DNA from: Thermoproteota archaeon
GTDB lineage: Archaea > Korarchaeota > Korarchaeia > Korarchaeales > JAOZGB01
NCBI GenBank assembly: GCA_037917685.1
Contig: JAVCBU010000012.1
Coordinates: 256,001-320,000, forward strand
Reading direction: 5' to 3'
DNA: 64,000 nt
In this document: positions 46,545-56,020 of the stretch, one piece after another
How the letters are laid out: every line of letters starts with the position of its first letter
How positions within the stretch are numbered: position 1 is the stretch's first letter
The notes under the pieces: generated by a model
Seen by the model: only the letters and a program-made list of their open reading frames with translations
Database searches by the model: none
What the model was told of the DNA's origin: nothing
Made by a program: the position numbers and the translations under genes

Positions 46545-47245
46545 TCTAAGATATCCAGAATTTCTGATAGCTTTCTTATTTTGAGAATTTTTGCGTAGTT
46601 GTTTAACCCTAATTCTTGACCATAGTCGAAAAGAACCGGGTATAAACCTGATAGTAATGCACCCTCCACATCTTCTTTGCTGTCTCCTACATGAACCGTA
46701 CGTTCTGGTTTTACATCAAGGAGGTCTAAAGTATAGTAGAAGAGTTCAACGGAGGGTTTTCTAACCCCCACCTCGTCGGAGAAGGTTAGCACATCGAAGT
46801 ATTTGATAAGTCCTGATTTTACGAGATATCTCCTTTTAGCCCAGCCATACGGCGTATTCGAAACTACTGCAAGCTTGTACCCCTTTTTCCTAAGCTTTGC
46901 TAAAGTTGACTCTGCGTCCGGGTAAAATCTGAAATAATCGAAAAAGGGCTCTACAAAGGCTTCTTTAAGCTCATCCTCCACCTGAATTTTTAATCCCAGT
47001 TTAGATAGCATCTTTTCAAGATGTTTGTCTACAGGAACTTCACGATACGTGGTTTTTCGAATAAAACTACATTCCTCAAGACTTTCAATATACGCAGTGT
47101 ACAACTTTTTAAATTCAAATTTAAAGCCCTGACGCCTAAGCACGATACTTATCCTTCTCACCCTGTCAATAGTGAACCTCTCCATCGATACCTTAGGCTT
47201 ACCAAGTGTCATCCAGTAGTCAAATGTTACAGCCCTAAACTTCAA
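46541..47245 (-). CDS. HAD-IA family hydrolase
   Basis: FDYWMTL, VSN, RKP, HVGDS..DV.GA. Confidence 0.88.
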   Translation of the reverse strand: MKFRAVTFDYWMTLGKPKVSMERFTIDRVRRISIVLRRQGFKFEFKKLYTAYIESLEECSFIRKTTYREVPVDKHLEKMLSKLGLKIQVEDELKEAFVEPFFDYFRFYPDAESTLAKLRKKGYKLAVVSNTPYGWAKRRYLVKSGLIKYFDVLTFSDEVGVRKPSVELFYYTLDLLDVKPERTVHVGDSKEDVEGALLSGLYPVLFDYGQELGLNNYAKILKIRKLSEILDILD

Positions 47246-47256
47246 TTTGTCTCTCC

Positions 47257-48057
47257 CTAATTTTCATGTTTTAGAGCTTCGTCCTCTCCAAAGCTATAAT
47301 ACATTTGAACTCGGCCTGTCCTTACCAGCGAATAGACTGTCGTCACCCCTATGACGGCCGCTACCAGCTGCTCTAACCCGTCCGCAATAGCGTAATATGG
47401 GATCATTGGTACCCAGTACTGATAAGCTGTGAAGTTTAATAGATAAAAGCATAGATTGTTCCCAACAAGAACTCCCGACATTTTTGTAACCCATGCTAAC
47501 ATCCAGAAAGCAGCAAGGTATCCGGCTATACCTGAGCAGGCATCTAATGGATTTGCACTGAAGTCGTCGATGTTTAATGAGGGTATACGAGCTATTTTTC
47601 TTCTAACAAAGTTCCTTAATGGGGGGGTAATTATTACTATGGCAAGCCACTGCTCCCATGTAACGAGGGGCATATAGTGTTTTAATCCAACCCCGCCTCT
47701 ATAGGTGTACCATGTTGTTAGACCTATGATATAGAAAAGTAAGAGAGGCTTCCACCCTCCATCGCTCAGCAAAAGCCCGGGAGCCGTGCAATATGCAATA
47801 TCTGGGAGAAAGGATAGTATTCCAAATATGTTTCTATACTGGAAAATGCTTCTGGCTATCAACCCGTACAATAAGCCGTGAATGAAGCCCCCCATAGGCC
47901 CTAATAGTACTCCTGAAAGAGGGGAGAGAAACTCCGCTGCTGAAAAATATCCCGGTAATCCGGGAATTTTAAACGTAGGTATAGCCGTGGCTGCTACTCT
48001 AACAGCCGTCCATACTGCTATCAGCGATAGAAGCTTTGTTTTCCTAGGGCTATCCAC
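47257..48057 (-). CDS. Integral membrane protein, ECF S-component-like
   Basis: About 7 TM helices; P..G.LLGP..G motif typical of S components. Confidence 0.55.
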   Translation of the reverse strand: MDSPRKTKLLSLIAVWTAVRVAATAIPTFKIPGLPGYFSAAEFLSPLSGVLLGPMGGFIHGLLYGLIARSIFQYRNIFGILSFLPDIAYCTAPGLLLSDGGWKPLLLFYIIGLTTWYTYRGGVGLKHYMPLVTWEQWLAIVIITPPLRNFVRRKIARIPSLNIDDFSANPLDACSGIAGYLAAFWMLAWVTKMSGVLVGNNLCFYLLNFTAYQYWVPMIPYYAIADGLEQLVAAVIGVTTVYSLVRTGRVQMYYSFGEDEALKHEN

Positions 48058-48113
48058 GTCTATGTGTGTGATTATTATATTGTTTAAAGTTTTTGTTTAA
48101 AGCAGGATACAGG

Positions 48114-48593
48114 ATGACGGTGCCGTGTTTTAGGCTGTCAGCGGTGGGCGGAACATTTGATAGATTTCACGCAGGGCATGAAGCATTGCTAAATGCAGCA
48201 TTCACCTTATCTGAAACTGTAATCGTAGGTATCACTTCAAGTGAGATGCTAGGGAATAAAGCTTTTAGAGATAAGATTCAGAGTTTCAGGGAAAGATTCG
48301 AAAACGTTGTTGGATATTTAAAAAGATCAGGATTCATCGAGAAGGCGGTATTTTATATGTTAAGGGATGACTATGGACCTGCACTTTGGATTAGAAAACT
48401 TGAAGCCTTATTTGTGAGTCCTGAGACTTATCCTAAAGCCTTAAAGCTAAATAGTTTAAGAGTTGGACGGGGCTTAAAAAAACTAGTAGTTGTAGTTATC
48501 CCAACCATGTTAGCTGAAAATGGCGAACCTATAAGTTCCACCAGGATAAGGGGCGGGTTCATCCGTGGGAACGGGACTACAATAAAGCTTTAA
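48114..48593 (+). CDS. coaD: Phosphopantetheine adenylyltransferase (archaeal type)
   Basis: VGGTFDRFHAGH, D.YGP, VSPET, ISSTRIR; ORF track start is 48093. Confidence 0.9.
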   Translation: MTVPCFRLSAVGGTFDRFHAGHEALLNAAFTLSETVIVGITSSEMLGNKAFRDKIQSFRERFENVVGYLKRSGFIEKAVFYMLRDDYGPALWIRKLEALFVSPETYPKALKLNSLRVGRGLKKLVVVVIPTMLAENGEPISSTRIRGGFIRGNGTTIKL

Positions 48594-48618
48594 TGTAAGG
48601 CATTATTCGGATGCCTGT

Positions 48619-49611
48619 ATGCCAGACAGAGTTGTGGTCTCAGCTCCATCGCAGGCATTCCTCTTTGGGGAACACGCTGTGCTGTATAGGTCAAGAGCCC
48701 TGGCATGCGGAGTAGAAAGAAGAAGTAAGGCTGAACTTAAAGCTAGAAGAGATAAAACTATTAAGATAGTCTCAAATGCGTATCCGGGCGAATACGTGGG
48801 GAAGATAGAATCGGAAGGCATCAAAGGAGAAGGCCCTAGGGAGCTTGAGATTCTCGCTAGGGGACTGTCTGAACTATATTCTAAGTATGGGTTTAGCGAG
48901 GGCATCGAGATTAGAATTTGGAGTGACATCCCTGTAGGATCTGGTATGGCCAGTTCGGCGTCCGTTTCAGCATGCATTGTAGAAGGTTTTTCTATCCTCG
49001 CAGATTTAGAAATGAATGAGGAAGAGGTTTTAGAGAATGTTTACTTGTTCGAAAGGATAATCCATGGCAAGGCTAGTAAGACAGGGCCTGCCTGTGCAGT
49101 TTATGGAGGGATAGTACTTATAGAGTGGGTTTCAAATGGCATGATTGTAAGGAAAGTTGACATAGAAGTGGATATTCCCCTTGTAATCTGTTGTGTTAAC
49201 GAAAGAACTCCCACTAGCGTTATGATTCGTAAGGTTGCTGATAGAGTTAGGAGGGTAGGGCTGCCCATGAGGAGAATAATGGAAACAGTAGATCTGCTGA
49301 TTGACGTTGGATTGAAGGCTATGGGGGACGGCAATCTTAAACTTCTAGGAGAGTTAATGTTGGTTAACCAAGGCTTACTCTGGGCTATGGGGGTTTCAAC
49401 AGATGAGATAGATAGGGTTATTAATATTGCACTGGAAAATGGTGCTTATGGAGGAAAACTTTCTGGAGGCGGAGGTGGCGGCTGCGTCTTAATACTATCT
49501 GATGCGGAGTTTACAAATAAAATTATTAAATCTCTCGAGACTATTGGATACAAACCATTCAAGAGCAGTGTATCTAAAGATGGTGTTAAGGTCTTGGAGG
49601 TGAGCAATTGA
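48619..49611 (+). CDS. mvk: Mevalonate kinase (GHMP family)
   Basis: SAP....LFGEHAVLY, IPVGSGMASSA, HGKAS, NQGLL..MGVS, KLSGGGGGGC. Confidence 0.85.
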   Translation: MPDRVVVSAPSQAFLFGEHAVLYRSRALACGVERRSKAELKARRDKTIKIVSNAYPGEYVGKIESEGIKGEGPRELEILARGLSELYSKYGFSEGIEIRIWSDIPVGSGMASSASVSACIVEGFSILADLEMNEEEVLENVYLFERIIHGKASKTGPACAVYGGIVLIEWVSNGMIVRKVDIEVDIPLVICCVNERTPTSVMIRKVADRVRRVGLPMRRIMETVDLLIDVGLKAMGDGNLKLLGELMLVNQGLLWAMGVSTDEIDRVINIALENGAYGGKLSGGGGGGCVLILSDAEFTNKIIKSLETIGYKPFKSSVSKDGVKVLEVSN

Positions 49612-51440
49612 AACTTCTAATGATACACGCTGACAAACTAGAGTACTGGGTTAAAAAACAGGCTGTTAAAGAAGCTAAAGAGCCTGAAAAGCGCCATCTC
49701 CTTATAGAAGATTGTCTAGTAGTATACACGGCCATCGAAGACGGCGATGATGAAAACCTGATTAAGAACGCGTTAGAAGAGATAAAGGATGTTTCAAAAA
49801 GGGTTAATGCAAGGAGGATTGTTATTTACCCGTGGGTTCACCTAACTAGCAAGCCAGCACCCTTTAAGAAGGCTGAAAAACTGATAGACATGTTGGCTGA
49901 GGAATGCGAATCTTCCGGATTTGAGGTTTTCCGTGTGCCTGGTGGCTGGTATAAGGCTTTTGAGATTCGATGTAAGGGCCACCCACTAGCTGAAACCCTT
50001 AGGGAGGTTAAGCCAGGTAAACCCGTCATAGTTGAGGCTGAGGAAAAGCCTGGAAAATTCTTGGTTTTGATGCCTGATGGGACGGAGTTGGAACCTACAG
50101 TTGACACCCTTAACAGGATAGGTGAAGATTTTAAGACATTTGTAATGGATGAAATAGACCTCTCCCATGAGTCTGGAGAGAAGCCGCCTCACATAGAGCT
50201 AATGAGAAGACTTGAACTCGTAGATTACGAGCCTGCAAGCGATGTTGGCCACTTTAGGTTTTACCCCAGGGGAGCCCTTGTGAAAGGCTTGATCGAGGAT
50301 TTGTCAGTTGAACTTGCAAATAGGGTTAAAGCGATGAGGATTGAGACTCCTTTTATGTATAGGCTTGAAGTTGACGCAATAAGGGAGCAGGCTGAGAAGT
50401 TTAGAGAAAGAAACTATGTAGTTCCAATGGATGGGAGACAGCTTATTGTGAGGTTTGCCGGGGATTTCGGCTTGTTTGAAATGTTGAAAGATGCAACAAT
50501 ATCGTATAGGAATCTGCCGGCAAGGTTCTTCGAATTATCACCTTCTTTCAGGCTGGAGCAAAGAGGAGAGTGTGTAGGGCTCAGGAGGTTAAGAGCTTTT
50601 ACTATGCCTGACATCCACTGCTTAACAATGGATATGAAACAGGCTTTAGAGGAATATAAGATGCTTTTCGGGCTATTCGCTGAGGTGCTTAGGGACTTAG
50701 AAGTTGATTTTGTTGTAGCATTCCGAGTGGTGGAAGAGTACTATCACAAGCTTAAACCAGAAATTCTCGAAATGCTTAGAGGCATCAATAAGCCTGCTTT
50801 AATAGAAATACTCCCAGAGATGAAGCATTACTGGGCGATGAAACATGAATTCCAGTTTGTTGACTCTGTAGGCGGGCACGCCCAGCTGAGCACTGTGCAA
50901 CTTGATGTTGAAGACTCGGAGAGATATGGAATAACATTTGTTGACAAAGATGGAAGGGAGAAGGGAACCCTCATAATACACTCGTCAATAGGCTCAATTG
51001 AAAGGTACATTTACTGCCTTCTAGAGGAGGGTGCTAAAAAGGCGAAGGCTGGAGTTAAACCTATGCTACCAGTCTGGATATCTCCAGTGCAAGTTAGAGT
51101 TGTACCTGTCTCGATGGAACAGATTAAATATGCTGAAGAACAGGCTAAGAAACTAAATAACCTAGGGGTTAGAACTGAATTAGATGACAGGGATCTGAGA
51201 CTCTCGAGGAAGATAGCTGACGCTGAGAAAATGTGGATACCTTACATTGCAGTTGCCGGGAGGGATGAAGTTAAAGATGGGAGTCTAATGGTTAGAATTA
51301 GAAAGACCGGAGAGAAAAAGAGACTTAAAGCAGAAGAGCTTGCCTCAATGATAAGAGAAGAAACAAGTGGAAAACCCTGGAGGCCGCTTCCAACGCCTAT
51401 GAAACTTACGGAGCAACCACACTTTACAAGACCAGCCTAG
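49608..51440 (+). CDS. thrS: Threonine--tRNA ligase with archaeal N-terminal editing domain
   Basis: MKLLMIH, YPWVHL, GWYKAF..CKGHPL, GLRRLRAFTMPDIH, IHSSIGSIER. Confidence 0.96.
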   Translation: MKLLMIHADKLEYWVKKQAVKEAKEPEKRHLLIEDCLVVYTAIEDGDDENLIKNALEEIKDVSKRVNARRIVIYPWVHLTSKPAPFKKAEKLIDMLAEECESSGFEVFRVPGGWYKAFEIRCKGHPLAETLREVKPGKPVIVEAEEKPGKFLVLMPDGTELEPTVDTLNRIGEDFKTFVMDEIDLSHESGEKPPHIELMRRLELVDYEPASDVGHFRFYPRGALVKGLIEDLSVELANRVKAMRIETPFMYRLEVDAIREQAEKFRERNYVVPMDGRQLIVRFAGDFGLFEMLKDATISYRNLPARFFELSPSFRLEQRGECVGLRRLRAFTMPDIHCLTMDMKQALEEYKMLFGLFAEVLRDLEVDFVVAFRVVEEYYHKLKPEILEMLRGINKPALIEILPEMKHYWAMKHEFQFVDSVGGHAQLSTVQLDVEDSERYGITFVDKDGREKGTLIIHSSIGSIERYIYCLLEEGAKKAKAGVKPMLPVWISPVQVRVVPVSMEQIKYAEEQAKKLNNLGVRTELDDRDLRLSRKIADAEKMWIPYIAVAGRDEVKDGSLMVRIRKTGEKKRLKAEELASMIREETSGKPWRPLPTPMKLTEQPHFTRPA

Positions 51441-52120
51441 CTATTTACATCTCTAAAAGCCATAAAGCTTAGAAAAGTGTAGAATACCGCCGTAAACGAT
51501 GAGTGAAACAGTGAAAACAGAATTGACAGAGAAAAATCTTTTGTAAGAAGATATGACACAAAAGCATACCATATGTAGACGTTTCTTCTACCATCAATAG
51601 TGGTGATAATTCTCCCGGTATCACCCCAGCTTTTCACCGGGCTTCCCTTAACTATCCAACCGAGCTGGTATATATGTCTAACATACCCATCGATTACAAG
51701 CCATAAAAGTCCAGCGATAAGTATGCTTGTCTCACCAATAGACATGTAAGCTGCGTATACGAGAGACGCATACCATACTTGCTCATATAGAAAGTCCAGA
51801 GAATGTTCAAGCTTCCCTATCTTAGTGGGCTTTCCTCTTATTCTAGCAAGTTTTCCGTCAGTTCCATCCAGAATCATAACGGCGAGCATCAAGCCTATAC
51901 TATATGCATGGTATCCTGCTATCATCAAGTAAGCCGATATAAATGCCAACAAATCAGTGAAAACAGTTACAGCATCCGCTGATATATTAGTGTAATTTGC
52001 AAGTACAAAAACCAGGGCATCCTCAAGTGGCTTGTTTATGTACGATGTAAAGTGGCGGCCCTTCTGAACCGTTTTTACATCTTGCCAGGAATACTGCCTA
52101 GCTCCGGGCATAAACATCAC
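51437..52120 (-). CDS. CDP-alcohol phosphatidyltransferase family protein
   Basis: D..T, LDGTDGKLAR....G...EHSLD; TM helices. Confidence 0.85.
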   Translation of the reverse strand: MMFMPGARQYSWQDVKTVQKGRHFTSYINKPLEDALVFVLANYTNISADAVTVFTDLLAFISAYLMIAGYHAYSIGLMLAVMILDGTDGKLARIRGKPTKIGKLEHSLDFLYEQVWYASLVYAAYMSIGETSILIAGLLWLVIDGYVRHIYQLGWIVKGSPVKSWGDTGRIITTIDGRRNVYIWYAFVSYLLTKDFSLSILFSLFHSSFTAVFYTFLSFMAFRDVNS

Positions 52121-52247
52121 CAGGAATAAATTGAAAGTTATGATGCAATAATGCTACACAATAATTATGAGCTGTAGGGCTTATTTAAACCAAGCGTTTC
52201 CTACACCCTAGGTAGGCTTTACCTTACCAGCGAATAAAGTTAGTCTT

Positions 52248-53246
52248 TCAAATACCTATGTCATGAAGATTAGACAGCTCCCTCATGATTTTCCTTGCCT
52301 TAAATAAGAAGTATACTAAGCCTGTTAGTGTTTGATTTAGAAATGTGGACAGTGTGGATGCCAAAATCGTCACAGTAGTAGAAATAGATTTTTCAAACCC
52401 GAAGGATATAAGGGTCAAGCTCATCACGCTTTCTCTAACTCCGGCGTCCCCCGGTATGCCGAATGGTATGATAGTAATAATCACGATGACGGAGTATAGG
52501 AAGAGTCCTAATGTCACAGGTATTTGCATATCAAGGGCTTTAAAGATGAGAAACAATGGCAGCATGTTAAGAGCCCATGACAAATAGCCTAACGCAAGAC
52601 AGGACAGCAACAGAAGCTTTTCCCCCTTGTAAGCTTTAAAGGAGCTTATGTACTCGGAGAGGATTCGATCAATGTCTTGAGCTTCCCCCCCTAGAGCCTT
52701 GGAGAAAAAGCTAGAAAATCTTAAGAGGTATTTCTCAGATGTTGAGACCAAAATTATTATGATTGCTAGAGCTAGAAGAGAAAAGGCTGCGACTATTATA
52801 TTTCTTACGATTGTTGCGTCTCCGGAGGATAGATGTGTTAGCCCAAGGGCGAATCCTGTGAGGAAAGGTGCCAACATGAGCATCCTATGCCATGCTATGG
52901 CTGCAGCGGATTTTCCGAGTTTAACTCCCGCCTTTCTTGAAAGATATAGGCGGAGAATCTCACCTGAAACTGAAGCGGTTGGAATTACTGTGGTTAAAAA
53001 TAGACTTGCCCATCCAATACTTATAGCTTCTCTAAGGGATATTTCATCTTTAAGAAGGATATACCAGGCAAAGTAGTATACGTATACAGCTATGTTAGCA
53101 GAGATTACTGAGAAAAGTATGTACACCGGGTTAGCCTTTTTAAAATACTCCAAAACCGTTTTAGGATCTGAATAGTATATTGTAGCTGCTATGATTGCTA
53201 CTCCGATGCCTAGTAGAACGACGTTTAACTTCTTAGGCTTATTCAA
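52248..53246 (-). CDS. Lysylphosphatidylglycerol-synthase TM-region / flippase-like protein (UPF0104)
   Basis: P.ASVSGE..R, PFGIPG.AGVRE; multiple TM helices. Confidence 0.85.
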   Translation of the reverse strand: MNKPKKLNVVLLGIGVAIIAATIYYSDPKTVLEYFKKANPVYILFSVISANIAVYVYYFAWYILLKDEISLREAISIGWASLFLTTVIPTASVSGEILRLYLSRKAGVKLGKSAAAIAWHRMLMLAPFLTGFALGLTHLSSGDATIVRNIIVAAFSLLALAIIIILVSTSEKYLLRFSSFFSKALGGEAQDIDRILSEYISSFKAYKGEKLLLLSCLALGYLSWALNMLPLFLIFKALDMQIPVTLGLFLYSVIVIITIIPFGIPGDAGVRESVMSLTLISFGFEKSISTTVTILASTLSTFLNQTLTGLVYFLFKARKIMRELSNLHDIGI

Positions 53247-53818
53247 GCCTTCACCACGTCTATTATTTTTTGAGCTGCCTTAGTAGCAATTTTTAAACCT
53301 TCTTCGGATGACTCTAAGACGCAGGGCACTCTGATATCCAATGCTCCATTCTTACCGATGAAAGCTAGGGATTTGAAGCCTTCAATCTCCTCTCTAAAGA
53401 TAGCATAGTCCTCTGCTACACGTCCGTCGATAGGCTTCTTGATGGATTTCAGTTTGAAATTTTCTATGTAGCCTTTAATCCTAATTCCAACTGGAAGTAA
53501 ATCCACTGTAAATCTGACATTACCTACCGTGTAAACAGGTGGAGGCTTGAACTTCCCTGTTCTCCCGGCTACTCTAAGATAGCCTGCTATTGATGTCTTG
53601 ACCCACCCTTTTAGTGGAAAGTCTTCTCCTAGCTCGTTTACCTCACGGACTATATCAGCGATTAGGTCTTTCATCCCTAAAAGGGAGGCTATTCTAGCTG
53701 CCATGTTATAGCAAACCAGTCTCTCAGATGGGTCAGCTTCCTCCTCTCTTGCCTTCTCTAGAAAGTGGGATATCGCGTCAAGGTAAAGGCCGGCCCATTC
53801 CATTATATATGGTTTCAT
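53243..53818 (-). CDS. Hypothetical protein: helical N-domain plus possible single TBP-like repeat
   Basis: Intact ORF with GGTG RBS; see finding. Confidence 0.6.
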   Translation of the reverse strand: MKPYIMEWAGLYLDAISHFLEKAREEEADPSERLVCYNMAARIASLLGMKDLIADIVREVNELGEDFPLKGWVKTSIAGYLRVAGRTGKFKPPPVYTVGNVRFTVDLLPVGIRIKGYIENFKLKSIKKPIDGRVAEDYAIFREEIEGFKSLAFIGKNGALDIRVPCVLESSEEGLKIATKAAQKIIDVVKA

Positions 53819-53828
53819 TTTGAATCAC

Positions 53829-54497
53829 CTAGTGAGTATAAGCTACTATTACTTTTCGGGGAGTGGACACAGTTTCGCCAGTGTAGACTACTACGGTGAG
53901 CGAGTCTAGTGGGGTGTGATATATAGTTTTCAGAACGTACAGCTGATTTCTCATCTTGGCGATCGTTTTCAACCAGCTTTCCCTCGGCACCGTGTAGCCT
54001 CTTGTTTCGACAAGGGCTGGAGAGGATATAGCCTCAAATATTTCTTTGACGAGGCTTCCCTCAACATCAACGAGGAAATCCGCATTTAGCGGCTTCCATA
54101 CGCTTCCGGATCCCGGAAGCCTATAGATTTTTTTAACTCCCAGCTTTGAAAGTAGGCATGCAACTATGGCTTCTCCTAAAGCTTTACACACACTTTCAGT
54201 ATGATATTGATAGTAGGGAGGCGGCCTTGGTGATGCTGACCTTGCCCTAGCAAGCATTAAAGCTTTATTATAATATCCTTCGGGGGGAGGGTTAAAGCTG
54301 TACGAGTCTAAATGCCCGGATAAACAGAGGACGTAGTCTTGCGAGTATATTTCACCATAAATCTCAACCTCGAACCCTGTTATCGATAATTCTAACGCTC
54401 TAATAGGACTTGGCGGTTTTCCCGCTGTCGGATAATCGTAGAATTCAACTCGAAACCGGTATTCTTTCTCTAAGGGATGTACTTGACGATCGGTCAA
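53829..54497 (-). CDS. Hypothetical protein, putative PD-(D/E)XK-fold nuclease
   Basis: LGEAIV helix, ADFLV, LVETRG, downstream NQL. Confidence 0.55.
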   Translation of the reverse strand: MTDRQVHPLEKEYRFRVEFYDYPTAGKPPSPIRALELSITGFEVEIYGEIYSQDYVLCLSGHLDSYSFNPPPEGYYNKALMLARARSASPRPPPYYQYHTESVCKALGEAIVACLLSKLGVKKIYRLPGSGSVWKPLNADFLVDVEGSLVKEIFEAISSPALVETRGYTVPRESWLKTIAKMRNQLYVLKTIYHTPLDSLTVVVYTGETVSTPRKVIVAYTH

Positions 54498-54546
54498 TGT
54501 TAATCGATTTTGATTCTACATGGCAATTAATAAATAAATTATTAGC

Positions 54547-55737
54547 TTATTTTCCATGCTTTGAAAAGTCTATTAGCAGGTTTATAAGACCCTCAAGATC
54601 TCTGAGATTAACATATTCGTCGATGCCGTGATAGTTAGTATTCTTCCTTGCTAGGCCATAGCATATTATCGGGACTCTAAGGTCTTTGAAGAAATGGCCA
54701 TCGTTACCGGCTAGTTCAACGGCGATTGGAGGATTGTTGAAGTATTTATCCGCGGAAGCCTTGAATCTTTTTACAAGCCAGCTCTCAGGATCTGTGTAAT
54801 AGCCTGGAAGTTTGGCAATGGGCTTGACCTCCGAAACCTTAAATCCATACTGGCAGGCTATATTGTAAACTTCCACCTCAAGTTTTTTGTAGGCATCATC
54901 CGGGTTTTCGTCTGGGGTTATTCTCCTATCAACTGTGATCTTACACTCGCCTGGAATGACGTTTTCCTTCATTCCTGCATGGATCATCGTGACCGACAAT
55001 CTTCTAAACACCCACGGCTTCGGTGACCCGGGTGGAGCGGGAAAGCTAGTTCTAACATTTTCTAGCATGGAAGAATATCTTCTAATCCCAAGAATAAGTT
55101 TTTGGCAGTCATATATTGGATTCCTATGTAGAAATGGATATGCAGCGTGTCCTTGGCTTCCCTCAACTGTAATTTCAGCCCATACTATACCACAAGCACC
55201 AATAGAAATGTATTCAGGAGAGGAGTCTAGAACTACTACGCCGTCCCCTTTAACGCCCACCTCTTTGACCATGTATCCAACGCCGAGCTTTCCGCCGACC
55301 TCTTCGTCAACTGAAATTAAAAGATGGATGTTGAAATCAAGCTCGTCTTCCTTAACAAGTTCTCTAAGAGCTGCCATGGAGGCAGCTATACACCCTTTAT
55401 CATCGGCAGCCCCTCTACCGTAGAGTTTTTCACCCTCAACGGTCAACGAGTATGGGTTTCTAGACCAGCCGGATCCCGCAGGCACAACATCGTAGTGAGT
55501 GACCCATAATATGGTTTTAGGGCTCCCAACATCTAGCTTTATTAGTAGGTTAGGTCTTGAGTAACCGTCTTTGGCTAGTATTTCCGAATCATAAACTTCA
55601 ACATCCAAACCTAATGATTTAGCCTCCTTCTCGATAAACCATGCACAGTCTGCATATCTCTTAAGTTTTACGTCAGTCTTATAAGAGATAAGTTTACCTA
55701 GAAGGTTGAAAGCGTAGGAAAAAGTGTTTTCCATCAT
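54547..55737 (-). CDS. M20 family metallopeptidase/deacylase (ArgE/DapE-like)
   Basis: HYDVVP, GRGAADDKG, DEEVGG, G.QGHA, NVIP, HGIDE. Confidence 0.92.
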   Translation of the reverse strand: MMENTFSYAFNLLGKLISYKTDVKLKRYADCAWFIEKEAKSLGLDVEVYDSEILAKDGYSRPNLLIKLDVGSPKTILWVTHYDVVPAGSGWSRNPYSLTVEGEKLYGRGAADDKGCIAASMAALRELVKEDELDFNIHLLISVDEEVGGKLGVGYMVKEVGVKGDGVVVLDSSPEYISIGACGIVWAEITVEGSQGHAAYPFLHRNPIYDCQKLILGIRRYSSMLENVRTSFPAPPGSPKPWVFRRLSVTMIHAGMKENVIPGECKITVDRRITPDENPDDAYKKLEVEVYNIACQYGFKVSEVKPIAKLPGYYTDPESWLVKRFKASADKYFNNPPIAVELAGNDGHFFKDLRVPIICYGLARKNTNYHGIDEYVNLRDLEGLINLLIDFSKHGK

Positions 55738-55792
55738 GTAGGATAGCTACCCTTCCAGATATAAGAATTTTTCAGACTAGATTTAATAAGAA

Positions 55793-56020
55793 CTATAATT
55801 TTTCGCCCTTACAGTGGAGCTCCCCTTTATACCTTCTTATAAAGTTCGGACAAACGTAGCATTGAAGGAATGAAACCCTTTTACCGAGAACCGGACAGTC
55901 TACGGCGTCCTTTGAGAACTTTCTGAGGAGTTTCCCGCCGAGTTCCTTTTTAGCCCTCTCCCTAATATCCTTGGAAACACGTATCGACTTCTCAAGAGAT
56001 TCTATTTTTAGTTTAATCAC
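55793..56020 (-). CDS. Small conserved-type archaeal protein with four Cys
   Basis: VDCPV...FLQCYVCPNF...HC; start overlaps the uppP stop. Confidence 0.7.
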   Translation of the reverse strand: MIKLKIESLEKSIRVSKDIRERAKKELGGKLLRKFSKDAVDCPVLGKRVSFLQCYVCPNFIRRYKGELHCKGEKL

